The position numbers and the translations under genes are program-made. From an uncultured Verrucomicrobiae bacterium (lineage in GTDB: Bacteria > Verrucomicrobiota > Verrucomicrobiia > Limisphaerales > JAFGQR01), in NCBI GenBank assembly GCA_963788655.1, contig CAWBHS010000039.1:1-64000 (forward strand): a DNA stretch of 64,000 bases, read 5' to 3'. The notes beneath the pieces are model-generated. The model was given only the letters and a program-made list of their open reading frames with translations. It ran no database searches and was not told the origin of the DNA. Positions 33,706 through 43,866 of this stretch are shown here, piece after piece (position 1 is the first letter of the stretch; each line of letters starts with the position of its first letter).

Positions 33706-36700
33706 ATGGACACCACCGAAAAAAACTTCGAAGCCAGCATCGAGGAAACGTTGATCCGCGATCCGTTTGCTGACACCGGCGGTTCCGTCCAACCTTTCAA
33801 AGAACCGCCAACCAGTTCCACGTTTATTCCCGGCGGCTACCAGAAACGGAAACCGGAGGATTACGACCGTTCCCTGTGCCTGGTTCCCGGTGACGTTCTG
33901 GATTTCATTTACGCCTCCCAGCCGAAGGAATGGGACAAAATGCGCAAGCAGCATGGAGCCGACGCCAAGAACCTGCTGCTTCATCGCTTGGCCTCCGAAA
34001 TCAAAAAGCGGGGCACCCTCGAAGTGCTGCGCAAAGGGATCAAAGCCAATGGGTGCAAATTCCGGTTGGCCTATTTCCGTCCGGCCAGTGGGTTGAATGA
34101 ATCCTTGCAAAAGCTGTATCGGGCCAATGTCTTTTCCATCGTCCGCCAACTCAAATACAGCCAGCAGAACAGCAACAGTCTGGATCTGGTCCTCTTCCTA
34201 AACGGGCTGCCCATCTTCACCGCCGAGCTGAAGAATCCGCTCAACGGCCAGAACGTGGAAACGCCATCCGGCAATACCGGCGAGACCGTGATCCCGAGAG
34301 CCGCTCCTCGGCCATCGCCGCTGCCTGGCTCACTTCGCCGTCGATCCGAATCTCGTGTACGTCACGACTCTCGGGGCACCAAGACGCGCTTCCTCCCATT
34401 CAACCATGGCAACGGCCGGCGGCGGGGAATCCCCCAGCCTGGCGCGGTTTCGCCACGGCCTACCTCTGGGAGCAGGTCTGGGCTCGGGACAGCGTGCTCA
34501 ACCTCATCCAACACTTCATTCACGAGACCCAGGACGAAGACGAGCAGGGCCGGCGGTGGGGCCAAAACGTTTGATCTTTCCGCGCTATCACCAGCTCGAT
34601 GCGGTGCGGCGACTGGTCGCGGATGCCCGCGAGACGGGACCCGGGCATTGGTACCTCATCGAGCACAGCGCCGGGAGTGGCAAGAGCAACTCCATCGCCT
34701 GGCTCGCCCATCAGCTGTCGAGCCTTCACAGCGAACAATCAGCGCGTCTTCGATTCGATCATCGTGGTGACTGATCGACGGGTGCTGGATCGCCAGCTGC
34801 AGAACACGATCCGCCAGTTCGAGCAGACGCTGGGAGTCGTCGAGAACATCGACAAGAACTCGAAGCAGCTGAAGACACGCGCTGGAAGAGGGCAAGAACA
34901 TCGTCGTCACCACCCTGCAGAAGTTCCCGGTGATCGTCAGCGAGATCGGCACGCTCCCAGGCACTCGTTTTGCCGTCATCATCGACGAGGCCCACTCGTC
35001 ACAGTCCGGAGAAGGCTCGAAGCATCTCAAGGAAGTGCTGAGCGCGTCCAGTTGGATGAGGCCGAGCAGGAGGAGGCTGGGGACGAGGAAGACTACGAGG
35101 ACCGCATCGCCGCCGAGATGGCGCATCGGGGCCGGCTCCCCAACCTGAGCTTCTTCGCCTTCACCGCCACCCCCAAGCCCAAGACCCTGGAACTGTTTGG
35201 CACGCGGCAGCCCGACGGTTCGTTTGTGCCATTCAGCCTCTACTCGATGCGCCAGGCCATCGAGGAGGGTTTCATCCTCGACGTGCTGGAGAACTACACG
35301 ACCTTCAAGACCTACTTCAACCTACTGAAGCGGATCGAAGACGACCCGAGTTACGACCGCGACAAGGCCATCTACCTGCTCCGTTCTTTTGTCGACCTCC
35401 ACGAACATGCCATCAAAAGAAGGTCGAGATCATGATCGACCATTTCACGGAGAAGTCGATGTCGCGCATCAACGGCAGAGCCAAGGCCATGATCGTGACA
35501 CGATCCCGCCTCCACGCGGTGCGCTACAAGCTGGCCGTTGACCGGTATCTACGCGAGAAAGGATACGCCTTCAAGGTGCTGGTCGCGTTCTCCGGAACGG
35601 TGCGGGACGGCGGCATTCGACTACACCGAGTCGAACATGAACGGCTTTCCCGAGACACAGACGGCGGAGACCTTCAAGCGGGACGAGAATCGCATCCTGA
35701 TCGTGGCCAACAAGTTCCAGACCGGCTTTGATCAGCCCTTGCTCCACACCATGTACGTGGACAAGAAGCTGGGCGGAGTCAACGCCGTGCAGACACTGTG
35801 CCGACTGAACCGCGTGCATCCTGACAAAGACCGAGACGATGGTGCTGGATTTTGCCAACGAAGCCGAGGACATCCAGCAGGCGTTCCAGCCCTATTACGA
35901 GCGACCCTGTTGAAAGAAGCCACCGACCCCAACCTGCTTCACGATCTGCAAAATCGCCTCGAACGCTTTCACCTGTTCACCGAAGCCGAAGTCGAACGGT
36001 TCGCCCAAATCTATTTCGCCCCCAAATCCACGCAGGACAAATTGTATGCCGCCCTGGCTCCCATCAAGGACCGCTACGGGGCTTTGGAACCGGACGAACG
36101 ATCCGAGTTCCGGGGTTGCCTGGATGATTATGTCCGGCTGTATGCCTTCCTGTCGCAGGTCGTGCCCTTCGTGGATACCGAACTGGAAAAACTCTACGTG
36201 TTCACCAAGCTGTTATGGCGCATCTTGCCGCCGCCGGACCGTGGACGTTTACCCGTGCAGGTCCAGGAACAAATTGATCTGGATTCGCTGCGAGTATCAA
36301 AAACGGGAGGCGGCAAAATCAAATTGGAACGGGGCACAGAAGAACTCGATCCGATGAAGCCCAAGAGTGGCAGTGGGTCCATGGCCGCGGAGATCGAACC
36401 ACTGTCCCAAATCATCGAAGAACTGAACGAACGTTTTGGAACCAACTTCACCGAGCAGGATCGAGTTTTTATCGAGCAACTGGAAGAACGCATTGCCAAC
36501 GATTCATCCTTGGAAGCCAGCATCCGCGTCAATCCCCCCGAAGACGCCCGCCTGACCTTCGATCATGTCATCAACGACCGCCTGCAAGAAATGATCGATT
36601 CCAACTTCAAATTCTACAAGCAAGTCACCGACGACACCGATTTCGCCAATTTCTTTGTGGGCTGGCTATTCAAACGCTACTACGAGAAGAAGAAGCTGGG

Positions 36701-36716
36701 CGAAGACCGGAAATAG
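33706..36716 (+). CDS. hsdR: Type I R-M restriction subunit, frameshifted
   Basis: DLVLFLNGLPIFTAELKN, HSAGSGKSNSI, IDEAHSSQ, FTATPK, KFQTGFDQP. Confidence 0.92.
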
Positions 36717-36742
36717 AATCCGTGCAGATGCATCGGATAGTC

Positions 36743-36804
36743 TGCCCTTACCGCTAATACTGGCTCCGCTTCGCTCCGCAGCAATACACCCTTTATTGTT
36801 GGGC
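36743..36804 (-). repeat. Degenerate short attC site
   Basis: Minus strand GCCCAAC...GCGGAGCGAAGCGGAGC...GTAAGGGC. Confidence 0.45.
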
Positions 36805-37110
36805 ACCCATCTCGTCGTTGGATGCCGATCTTATTACGTCATACGGAAGCAAGAGCGTGTCTATGGCAATGGAAATGGGGAAATCAATTATCCCGACTAA
36901 ACAAGCACCCGCCTTCTTCCCAGCCGACCCTTCAAAGGAGCTACGGAAGGGCGCTGTCATAAGGCTGCCGTCAACGTACGTAGCGGCATATACGGGTGGA
37001 AAGTCATCGCTGGCCTGACTGCGCCACGCTGGAACCCTTGTGGAAATGGTCCCGCATCCTACGCAGAGGAAGTAGGCGACGACGGGAGCGAGAGCGCGGA
37101 AAACAGTCAT
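36793..37110 (-). CDS. Cassette: YceK/YidQ-like lipoprotein
   Basis: GCGTISTR, VYAAT, IDFPISIAIDTLLLPYD. Confidence 0.8.
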   Translation of the reverse strand: MTVFRALAPVVAYFLCVGCGTISTRVPAWRSQASDDFPPVYAATYVDGSLMTAPFRSSFEGSAGKKAGACLVGIIDFPISIAIDTLLLPYDVIRSASNDEMGAQQ

Positions 37111-37125
37111 AGCGTGAAATGCTTT

Positions 37126-37248
37126 ACCCAACGAGATGACCGACAGCCCTGTAAGCGCCAGCACGGACTGGAAATGTGAGCATCGAGTTTCATTACCAAC
37201 GTACACTGCGAGACGGGTGGGCTGTTCGGTCCATCGCACTGGTTGGGC
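37126..37248 (-). repeat. attC site
   Basis: GCCCAAC..GATGGACCGAACAGCCC ... GGGCTGTCGGTCATC..GTTGGGT. Confidence 0.75.
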
Positions 37249-37287
37249 GATTTCGCATGGAGCTTTTGTTTCCGACAGACATTGCCA

Positions 37288-37518
37288 CTATGATGCTGCT
37301 CCCGGCGACAAGAAGCAGTAGAATACCGACGACATCCAAGCCGGAACACCGTTTCTATGTGAACCAAGTATGATGTCATGGTGAACAGCGAAGTAGATGA
37401 AGGCTGCGAGAGGCGGAAGCGTTGGCACGCTGATAGCCAACCATCGAGGTGCCCTGCAAAGCCTTAGAATCACGGTCAACGTGATAACACCGGTTACGAT
37501 AACTGTAAGTAAACGCAT
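37288..37518 (-). CDS. Cassette: small membrane protein
   Basis: Hydrophobic ORF whose ATG lies ~12 nt after an attC core. Confidence 0.55.
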   Translation of the reverse strand: MRLLTVIVTGVITLTVILRLCRAPRWLAISVPTLPPLAAFIYFAVHHDIILGSHRNGVPAWMSSVFYCFLSPGAAS

Positions 37519-37529
37519 GATCTGCTTAC

Positions 37530-37655
37530 GCCGAACGATCAAGGTGAGCCACAGGTGCTGGCAGTGCGCTCCCGACGAAGAACAAAACCGTCGAGTTACC
37601 CAAGACGTCGCAACCGCTGTAACGGGCACCTGTTGGCTCCACTGACTGGTTGGGT
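37530..37655 (-). repeat. attC site
   Basis: ACCCAAC..GTGGAGCCAACAGGTGC ... GCACCTGTGGCTCAC..GTTCGGC. Confidence 0.8.
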
Positions 37656-37662
37656 GATTTCA

Positions 37663-37947
37663 TTATCCGATTCTGCTGTTGCCTTCCCAGCCCTCTCCGA
37701 ACATATCCTCCATCCACGAACCGTAATCCCGCAAATACTCCTTCCGTTTTGGACCTGCCTCCTCTTCGGCAAATGCCCGCCGTGCTGCTTCCGCGAGCGC
37801 GTCCTTCGCCTCCTCGGTCGCGCCTTGGAGATAAGACGCGATGTCCTCAAGCGCGTGAACATCATCATCGAGATGTTCTTCTGTCGGATCAGGCAGACAG
37901 TTGATGTACGCAACTGCGTGAACTAATGCATCGGCGATTGCTTTCAT
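37663..37947 (-). CDS. Cassette: acidic hypothetical protein
   Basis: 94-aa ORF filling the space between two attC sites. Confidence 0.7.
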   Translation of the reverse strand: MKAIADALVHAVAYINCLPDPTEEHLDDDVHALEDIASYLQGATEEAKDALAEAARRAFAEEEAGPKRKEYLRDYGSWMEDMFGEGWEGNSRIG

Positions 37948-37959
37948 AAGCGCGACCCC

Positions 37960-38049
37960 ACCCAATGATGAGCGCAGCCACGCCGGGCCAAGTGCGTCCG
38001 ATTGAAACCCTGGCATTCTCCCGGCGTTGGCTGGCGCGACTTGTTGGGC
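37960..38049 (-). repeat. attC site
   Basis: GCCCAAC..GCGCCAGCCAACGCCGGG ... CCCGGCGTGGCTGCGC..ATTGGGT. Confidence 0.75.
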
Positions 38050-38052
38050 ATG

Positions 38053-38291
38053 TTAATCGGTTTTCGGCGTTATCACCACTCCGGCTGCGTAGACCCATTG
38101 GCTGATCGTCTTGTCAGTTCTCATCTCAATCCAATCGCCATGGATTATAACTCGGTCCACCTGGTAAATAGTGTTGCCCACCTTAACATCGTAGCGCTTT
38201 GCTGGGGAATCGGAGGAGAACTGGCGCAGCCTGAAAGTAGCAGACCAGCGAGTGCGCATGTGACTAGCGGGATGATGACTGAGTGTTTCAT
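38053..38291 (-). CDS. Cassette: small lipoprotein (frameshift ~38215)
   Basis: MKHSVIIPLVTCALAGLLLSGCASS joins DSPAKRYDVKVGNTIY.. Confidence 0.65.
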
Positions 38292-38327
38292 TTTGTTGTG
38301 CTTGAATTCAGTGAGGTGGCATCTGAT

Positions 38328-38446
38328 GCCCAACGCAAAGCTCAGCGACTGCCGGGAAGGGCCCGTCACTCGCAAGGTAAATGTTCAATTTGTTGTCAGA
38401 CCCAATCGAGAGCGGGTCGGCCGTTCGCTGAACCGCCTGGTTAGAC
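38328..38446 (-). repeat. attC site
   Basis: GTCTAAC..TTCAGCGAACGGCCG ... CGGCAGTCGCTGAG..GTTGGGC. Confidence 0.8.
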
Positions 38447-38450
38447 CACG

Positions 38451-38790
38451 TCAGTCTCTTGAACCAAAATCCTCCGCGTCGGGAGTCATGCACTGCTGTA
38501 TCCATCTGCATCCAACGTATCAAACAGCGAAGTGTTCGGCCACTCCGGTCGCGTCTCTCGTGCGTAGGTGAGATGAACGACGGCAAACTGCGGAACAGAC
38601 TCGCCAAGAATTAAACAAACACATCGTCGCAGTCCTGACGGCGGCCAATGGTCTGAACCTTGCGCCCCAACAGAACGTGGCCCGCTGGCATCTCGCGATG
38701 TAGCTCTGCAACAGTCCCAGCGTCCTGCTCCGGTGGAACTGGCCACCAAGGAACACGCCACTGAATCTGAGCCGGGTCGAACTTGGTCAT
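38451..38790 (-). CDS. Cassette: hypothetical protein, frameshifted
   Basis: MTKFDPAQIQWRVPWWPV..REMPAGHVL..RRQDCDDV, then FAVVHLTYARETRPEWP. Confidence 0.6.
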
Positions 38791-38803
38791 GATGTGCGAA
38801 GTG

Positions 38804-38897
38804 GTCTAACGTCCCGGCTCACCGACGCCGGGCCAATGGTGTTCGATTGTCAAACCGAGACGCAATCCCGGCGTTCGGTGCAGCCGGCTGGTTCGGC
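38804..38897 (-). repeat. attC site
   Basis: GCCGAAC..CCGGCTGCACCGAACGCCGGG ... CCCGGCGTCGGTGAGCCGG..GTTAGAC, with extrahelical bases. Confidence 0.85.
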
Positions 38898-38899
38898 GT

Positions 38900-39433
38900 A
38901 ACTGCAAGAAAATCTATCCGAGGGCCTTGAGGTGGGCACGCCATCACCGCAGCGATAAAACTCCTTCGGCGGCAAATAACAATGCGGCCTCAATGTAGTG
39001 AACTATCAACTCCGGGGCCACATATTTCAGCGATAGGAGTGGGAATCCAGACATTGTGGCTGCCTGCTGCGCGGGGGCCGGGTCGCTACAGAAATTCACA
39101 CCTATAGAAAGCCCAGTCGCCATCACGAGGTTCCCACGACTTGCGGGGCGTGCTCAGCGGGGCAGCCTATCCACAAATGCAGTTCATCGGCCTCTCCGAT
39201 AGTGAAAGGGTGGTGGGGCGGGGCCAAAAGAAAGTCCAGAGAAAGCGCCACTGCGCCTCCACACAGCCAGAAACCAACCGGCTCAGGCGGACCTGAGCCA
39301 CTGAAATCCACTATGGGACACTCATTTTGAAAAGGTCCGCGTAAAACATGGCATGTGCGCTCAAGCCTAACAATGATTATACGAACCATCGGTTCGTATC
39401 TTGAACGAACCAAACTCCAATGGTAATTCCATG
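38900..39433 (-). CDS. First cassette: hypothetical protein, fragmented
   Basis: ORF pieces 39123..39413 and 38944..39126 between attC and the intI stub. Confidence 0.35.
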
Positions 39434-39549
39434 CATGGCAGCAGATTAGGTCAATTGTCAGCCCATGTCAACCCTTTAAATCACCCCCCTGGAAAGCGCA
39501 ATTTTCCCGATGAGCTTCCGGTTCGTATATCCGGTTCGTATATTCAACC

Positions 39550-39660
39550 ATGCAAATCCAAGACGCAATTCGTTCCCTGCGAGAGGCTTGTGCTTGCCGG
39601 CACCTCTCCCTCAACACCGAAAAAGCCTACTGCCAACGAGTCGCAAGGTTTGTCACTTGA
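39550..39660 (+). pseudogene. intI: Truncated integron integrase N-terminus
   Basis: MQIQDAIRSLREACACRHLSLNTEKAYCQRVARFVT* matches the RHxSxxTExAY..RF pattern; divergent from the cassettes. Confidence 0.65.
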
Positions 39661-40572
39661 TCCGCAACCCCACCAACGCCCGTGCAATCTGTCGAAGGCT
39701 TACCCGGTATTCCAAAAACCAAATTTGGTAAAGCAGCCTTCCTCGTTCGAACCGCACCTCGAAAAGCCCCCCTCCCCCCATCGGCGCACCCGGTATCCAG
39801 GGTAGAAACATGCTTTCTTTGGCCGCAAGAAACAGCCGTGGCACGGGTGGCACCCTGATCGGAGGTAAGGGCCAGGCGGAGCAGCACCCCATGCCGGGCC
39901 AACCGGGCAACCTGGCCTCTGGGCTCGGCCCAGACCACGACCTGGCACCAAGGCCGCCATGCGCATCCGAGCACGGGCCATCCGGCGGTGTGGTGAACTG
40001 CTCAAAGAGGTTGAGGCAAAGGCGAGCGTTGCAAGAAAGGTGTAGAGGCAAACCTTTCACCTTAGGTCAAGGATGCCGACCATGAAGCAGGCATGTCCAA
40101 AGATCAAGGAACACCAAGCTCTTGGCCTTACCAACATCGCGGCGAATCTTTCAGCGGCAGGTTGAAAGCGACCAACCAAAATCGGCGCTGCCTTGGGTGA
40201 CGATCAACTGCGAATTCTAAAACTCACCACCATCAGACGGCACCTGGCCCCTGGGCTCGCCTCGGACCACGACCGGCAGGCGGAAGGGCCAGCGTCGTGA
40301 AGGTCGAGCGCCACTCGAATGACGGCACCTGTTCCTCTGCCCCCTGGCGACCAAGGCACTCGCAGCCTTGCTCGCTGGCGGGCTGCTGTGGGCTTGGATA
40401 CTGCGGGTGGGGCCATCGCACCCCTGACGGTTCTCGAAGCCGTGCCGCCCTATCCACACGACGCCATGAAGCCTGTGTCAGGGATCGCCGCCAAGACGAC
40501 AGTCATCTACCGATCTTGGTCGTCCAACAGTCAAAGCCGAAGGGGGCGTAACCACGATTGAAAACCTGAAAT

Positions 40573-40591
40573 GGGGACAGAAAGGGGACAG
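40573..40591. other. Integrase arm-type sites
   Basis: GGGGACAG-AAA-GGGGACAG; same 11-bp spacing as 24615-24633. Confidence 0.6.
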
Positions 40592-40639
40592 ACGTTTTTT
40601 CTTGGGACAACGAATTATTTACAACGACTTGATTATGAA

Positions 40640-40716
40640 TGGCGCGTCCGGCAGGACTTGAACCTGCAACCTTCTGATCCGAAGTCAGAAGCTCTATCCA
40701 ATTGAGCTACGGACGC
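40640..40716 (-). tRNA. tRNA-Arg(TCG)
   Basis: 77-nt cloverleaf, acceptor GCGTCCG/CGGACGC, anticodon loop CTTCGGA, GGTTCAAGTCC, CCA end. Confidence 0.97.
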
Positions 40717-40899
40717 GTCAAAGCATGGCACTTGATGGCGCAACCTTAACCGGAGCACCCAGTCGGGTCAACTGCTGCCTGCAGACCGGTTTGCACGTCA
40801 ACGGTGCCTGGCACCTGCGCGGGCGCACTCCGCTTTTTTAGCCTCTCCTCCCATTTCGTTGGTAGGACACAGCTTTTGATCCATTCGGTTGAAGAAATG

Positions 40900-41097
40900 C
40901 CGATCAAGAGTCCCCGCCAAATACGGGCGGCTTCGTCCGGCATAAACAGGGAAATCCATTCCAGCGCCTCCATACGGTCGGCCATCGTTCCGCCCCGCAG
41001 TTCAATGCGCCCGTCCACTTTCACCAGTCGCGCTTCCCCGAAGGAAGCGATCACCACACCGGCGGCACCCCAGTTCTCAATGACTTGGTTTTTCATG
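40900..41097 (-). CDS. Small hypothetical protein (3' end uncertain)
   Basis: MKNQVIENWGAAGVVIASFGEARLVKVDGRIELRGGTMADRMEALEWISLFMPDEA. Confidence 0.5.
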
Positions 41098-41202
41098 GCG
41101 CAATTCAGGCCCAGGGGTGGGACAACGACGGGGGAACCCCAGAAGATAATCGGCAAAAAGTTTTTGCGGTTTCTTGTCGGTTCCACCGAGCCAAGGCGAC
41201 TT

Positions 41203-41373
41203 GGTGGGGCGCGGCTCTGTCGAGCCTCGAGTTTTCCAAATTATGTCTGCCCCGCGAAGCGATCAAAAGATAATTCCTGACATTCGCATCGCCGAAGGCT
41301 TCCCTGCGGTTGCGGTTTCGGGTATTCGATGACCATGCGGAAAAGTTAGGGCGCGACGGAGTCTCGCCCTACC
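41203..41373. repeat. REP/MITE-like inverted pair, family A
   Basis: GGTGGGGCGCGGCTCTGTCGAGCC ... GGGCGCGACGGAGTCTCGCCCTACC. Confidence 0.7.
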
Positions 41374-41432
41374 GGGTGGCGCCCTGGGAAAATGAATTTG
41401 CCATACCCTGCTCGGTTCCGTAGGTTCCCGCG

Positions 41433-41529
41433 GTGCTGGGACACGCGAAAAGACTGCCGACAACGTTTTAGCGTCCGAGGAAATACCGCGGACGCCAACG
41501 CCTCAGACTCGCGGGTCCGAGGCGTTTTT
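41433..41529 (+). promoter_or_regulatory. Candidate thrS attenuator (leader peptide, two hairpins, terminator)
   Basis: GTG-start MLGHAKRLPTTF* 41433-41471; hairpin 41471-41495; terminator ~41497-41529 with T run. Confidence 0.45.
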
Positions 41530-41631
41530 GTTTCCTGGCATAGTCCTGCCGTCGCACTCTCAGGCGAGCAAGAAAGCGTGAAGCTCATGGGCAGGTTTCG
41601 GCAGATGCGCCCACTGTTGATTGGACAATTT

Positions 41632-43697
41632 ATGGAAACTGGAAAATCTGAAACCGAACGCAAGACCCTCGACGAGCGCCAGAAGATGACCGAACTGGAG
41701 CGCATCCGCCACTCGTGCGCCCACGTCATGGCCACCGCCATCCTGCGCCTGTGGCCCGATGCCCAGTTCGCCTCCGGCCCGCCGGTCGAGAACGGCTTCT
41801 ACTACGACGTCGAACTCGAACACCGCATCTCGCCCGAGGACTTTCCCGGCGATCGAGGCGGAGATGAAGAAGGAGATCAAGGCGAACCACGTCTTCGAGA
41901 GAAAGGTCGTCACGCGCGAACAGGCGATCAAGGACTCGGAGAGCGGCCGGCTGGGCGGCACTGACCGAACGGCCGGGCAACCCAGCAAGTTCAAGCTGGG
42001 TAACCTCGAAGCAAATCCCCGAGGGCGAGCCGATTTCCTACTACAAGAACGGCGACTTCATTGACCTGTGCGCCGGGCCGCACGTGATGCGCACCGGCAA
42101 CATCGGCGCCTTCAAGCTCACCAGCGTGGCCAGCGCCTACTACAAGGGCGACGAGAAGAACCCGCAGCTCCAGCGCATCTACGGCACGGCGTTCAAGAAC
42201 AAGACCGAGCTCGAGGAATACTTCAAGATGCTCGAGGAGGCCAAGCGCCGCGACCATCGCAAGATCGGCGCGGAGATGGGGCTGTTCGCGATTGACACCG
42301 AATACGTCGGGCCGGGCATGCCGCTGTGGCTGCCCAAGGGCACGGTGCTCGTCGAGGAACTGGAGAAGCTGGCCAAGGAAACCGAATTCGCCGCCGGCTA
42401 CGTCCGCGTCCGCACGCCGCATCTGGCCAAGGAGAAAATGTATAGAACCTCCGGCCATCTGCCGTATTACGCGGAGTCCATGTTTCCGCCGATGGAGCTG
42501 GCCTTGGACGAACAGAAGCTCGCACGAAAAACCGAGTTGCAAACGTCGAAAGCCTTGGAACTAGAAGACGGTCGAATTGGATGACTGACATCCAAGACTC
42601 GAGGACAAGAACAGGCTGAGTTGGCATCATCGAGAAGAAGATGCAGAAGAGTTGGGCGAAGAGAATTTCGCGACGAGAGATTGCTCGAGAAATCAGCTTG
42701 GCCAGTCGAAGGCGTCTCGCGACGCGGGACCGCTATTACCTCAAAGCCATGAACTGCCCGCATCATCACCGCATTTTTGCGGCGGAGCCGCAGCAGTTAT
42801 CGCGACCTGCCGTTGCGCCTCGCGGAATACGGCACTTGCTATCGCTACGAGCAGAGCGGCGAGTTGTTCGGCCTCATGCGCGTGCGTTCGCTCAACATGA
42901 ACGACGCCCACATCTATTGCACCGAGGAGCAGTTCGCCGCCGAGTTCAACGCCGTGAACGAGATGTATCTGAAGTATTTCAAGATCTTCGGCATCGAGAA
43001 ATACGTCGATGCGCTTCAGCACGCACGTCGCCCGAAGGGCTGGGCAAGAAATACGTCAACGAACCCGAGCTGTGGAAGAAGACCGAGGACATGGTCCGCC
43101 AGGTGTTGATCGATTCGAAGATCAACTACGTCGAGGTGCCGAACGAGGCGGCGTTCTACGGTCCGAAGATTGACGTGCAGGTCTGGAGCGTCATCGGCCG
43201 CGAATTCACCCTGGCCACCAACCAGGTGGACTTCGCCGTGCCCGCCAAGTTCGGCCTGACCTACCGCGACAAGGACAACACGAACAAGACGCCGCTGTGC
43301 ATCCATCGCGCGCCGCTCGGCACGCACGAGCGGTTCATCGGCTTCCTCATCGAGCATTACGCCGGGCAACTTCCCGCTCTGGCTCGCGCCGGATCAGGTC
43401 CGCGTCATCACCCTCAACGACGACGAAGCGCTGATTGAACTACGCCAAGCCCATCGTGAACGAACTCCGCGCCAACATGGTCCGCGTGGAAGCCGATTTC
43501 AGCGCCGACCCGATCAAGGCGAAGATCGCCAACGCCGAACAATTGCGCGTCCACACCATGCTGGTCATCGGCGGTCGCGACATGGAAGCCGGCGACGTCA
43601 GCGTCCGCCTCCACGGCAAGGCGGCCCGCAAGGCGCGAAGCCGAAGGCGGAGGTCGTGGCGGATATTCTGGCGAGCATCAAAGAGCGGAGGGCGTAA
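41632..43697 (+). CDS. thrS: Threonyl-tRNA synthetase, frameshifted
   Basis: [72 protein letters not shown]. Confidence 0.95.
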
Positions 43698-43721
43698 CAG
43701 TCTTTGCCGGCAATCAATACT

Positions 43722-43749
43722 CCGCACGGATGATTCCGTGCGGGGTTTT
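43722..43749 (+). terminator. Terminator-like hairpin between thrS and the FGE gene
   Basis: CCGCACGGA-TGAT-TCCGTGCGG then GGTTTT. Confidence 0.6.
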
Positions 43750-43866
43750 CGATTATTTGAATGTGCCAGCGAAAGCCGGTTCAAGTTTGCCACTCTGGCC
43801 ACGCCCGTTTGGCGGCGATTCCAACACTCACCGGTTCAAAAGGGCGAAAGCATAAAGGAGCAAAAA

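Larger units (their letters stand above)
24483..40639. mobile_element. Genomic island integrated in tRNA-Arg(TCG)
   Basis: tRNA and tRNA fragment at the ends, integrase at one edge, tandem GGGACAG arm-like sites at both ends, primase relic, R-M and cassette cargo. Confidence 0.9.

Noticed and set aside
30271..36716. Programmed frameshifting or phase variation of the R-M genes
   Set aside because: Indels are numerous, scattered and also seen in essential genes; no inverted hsdS copies or long simple repeats.
39700..40560. Additional genes at the island's tRNA end
   Set aside because: Only short conflicting ORFs; no support for a product.
41465..41530. T-box riboswitch upstream of thrS
   Set aside because: ACCGCG is present but the GGTGGNACC bulge motif and stem I features are missing.
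42501..42727. Intein or self-splicing intron in thrS
   Set aside because: Short, with no intein terminal residues or intron structure recognisable.
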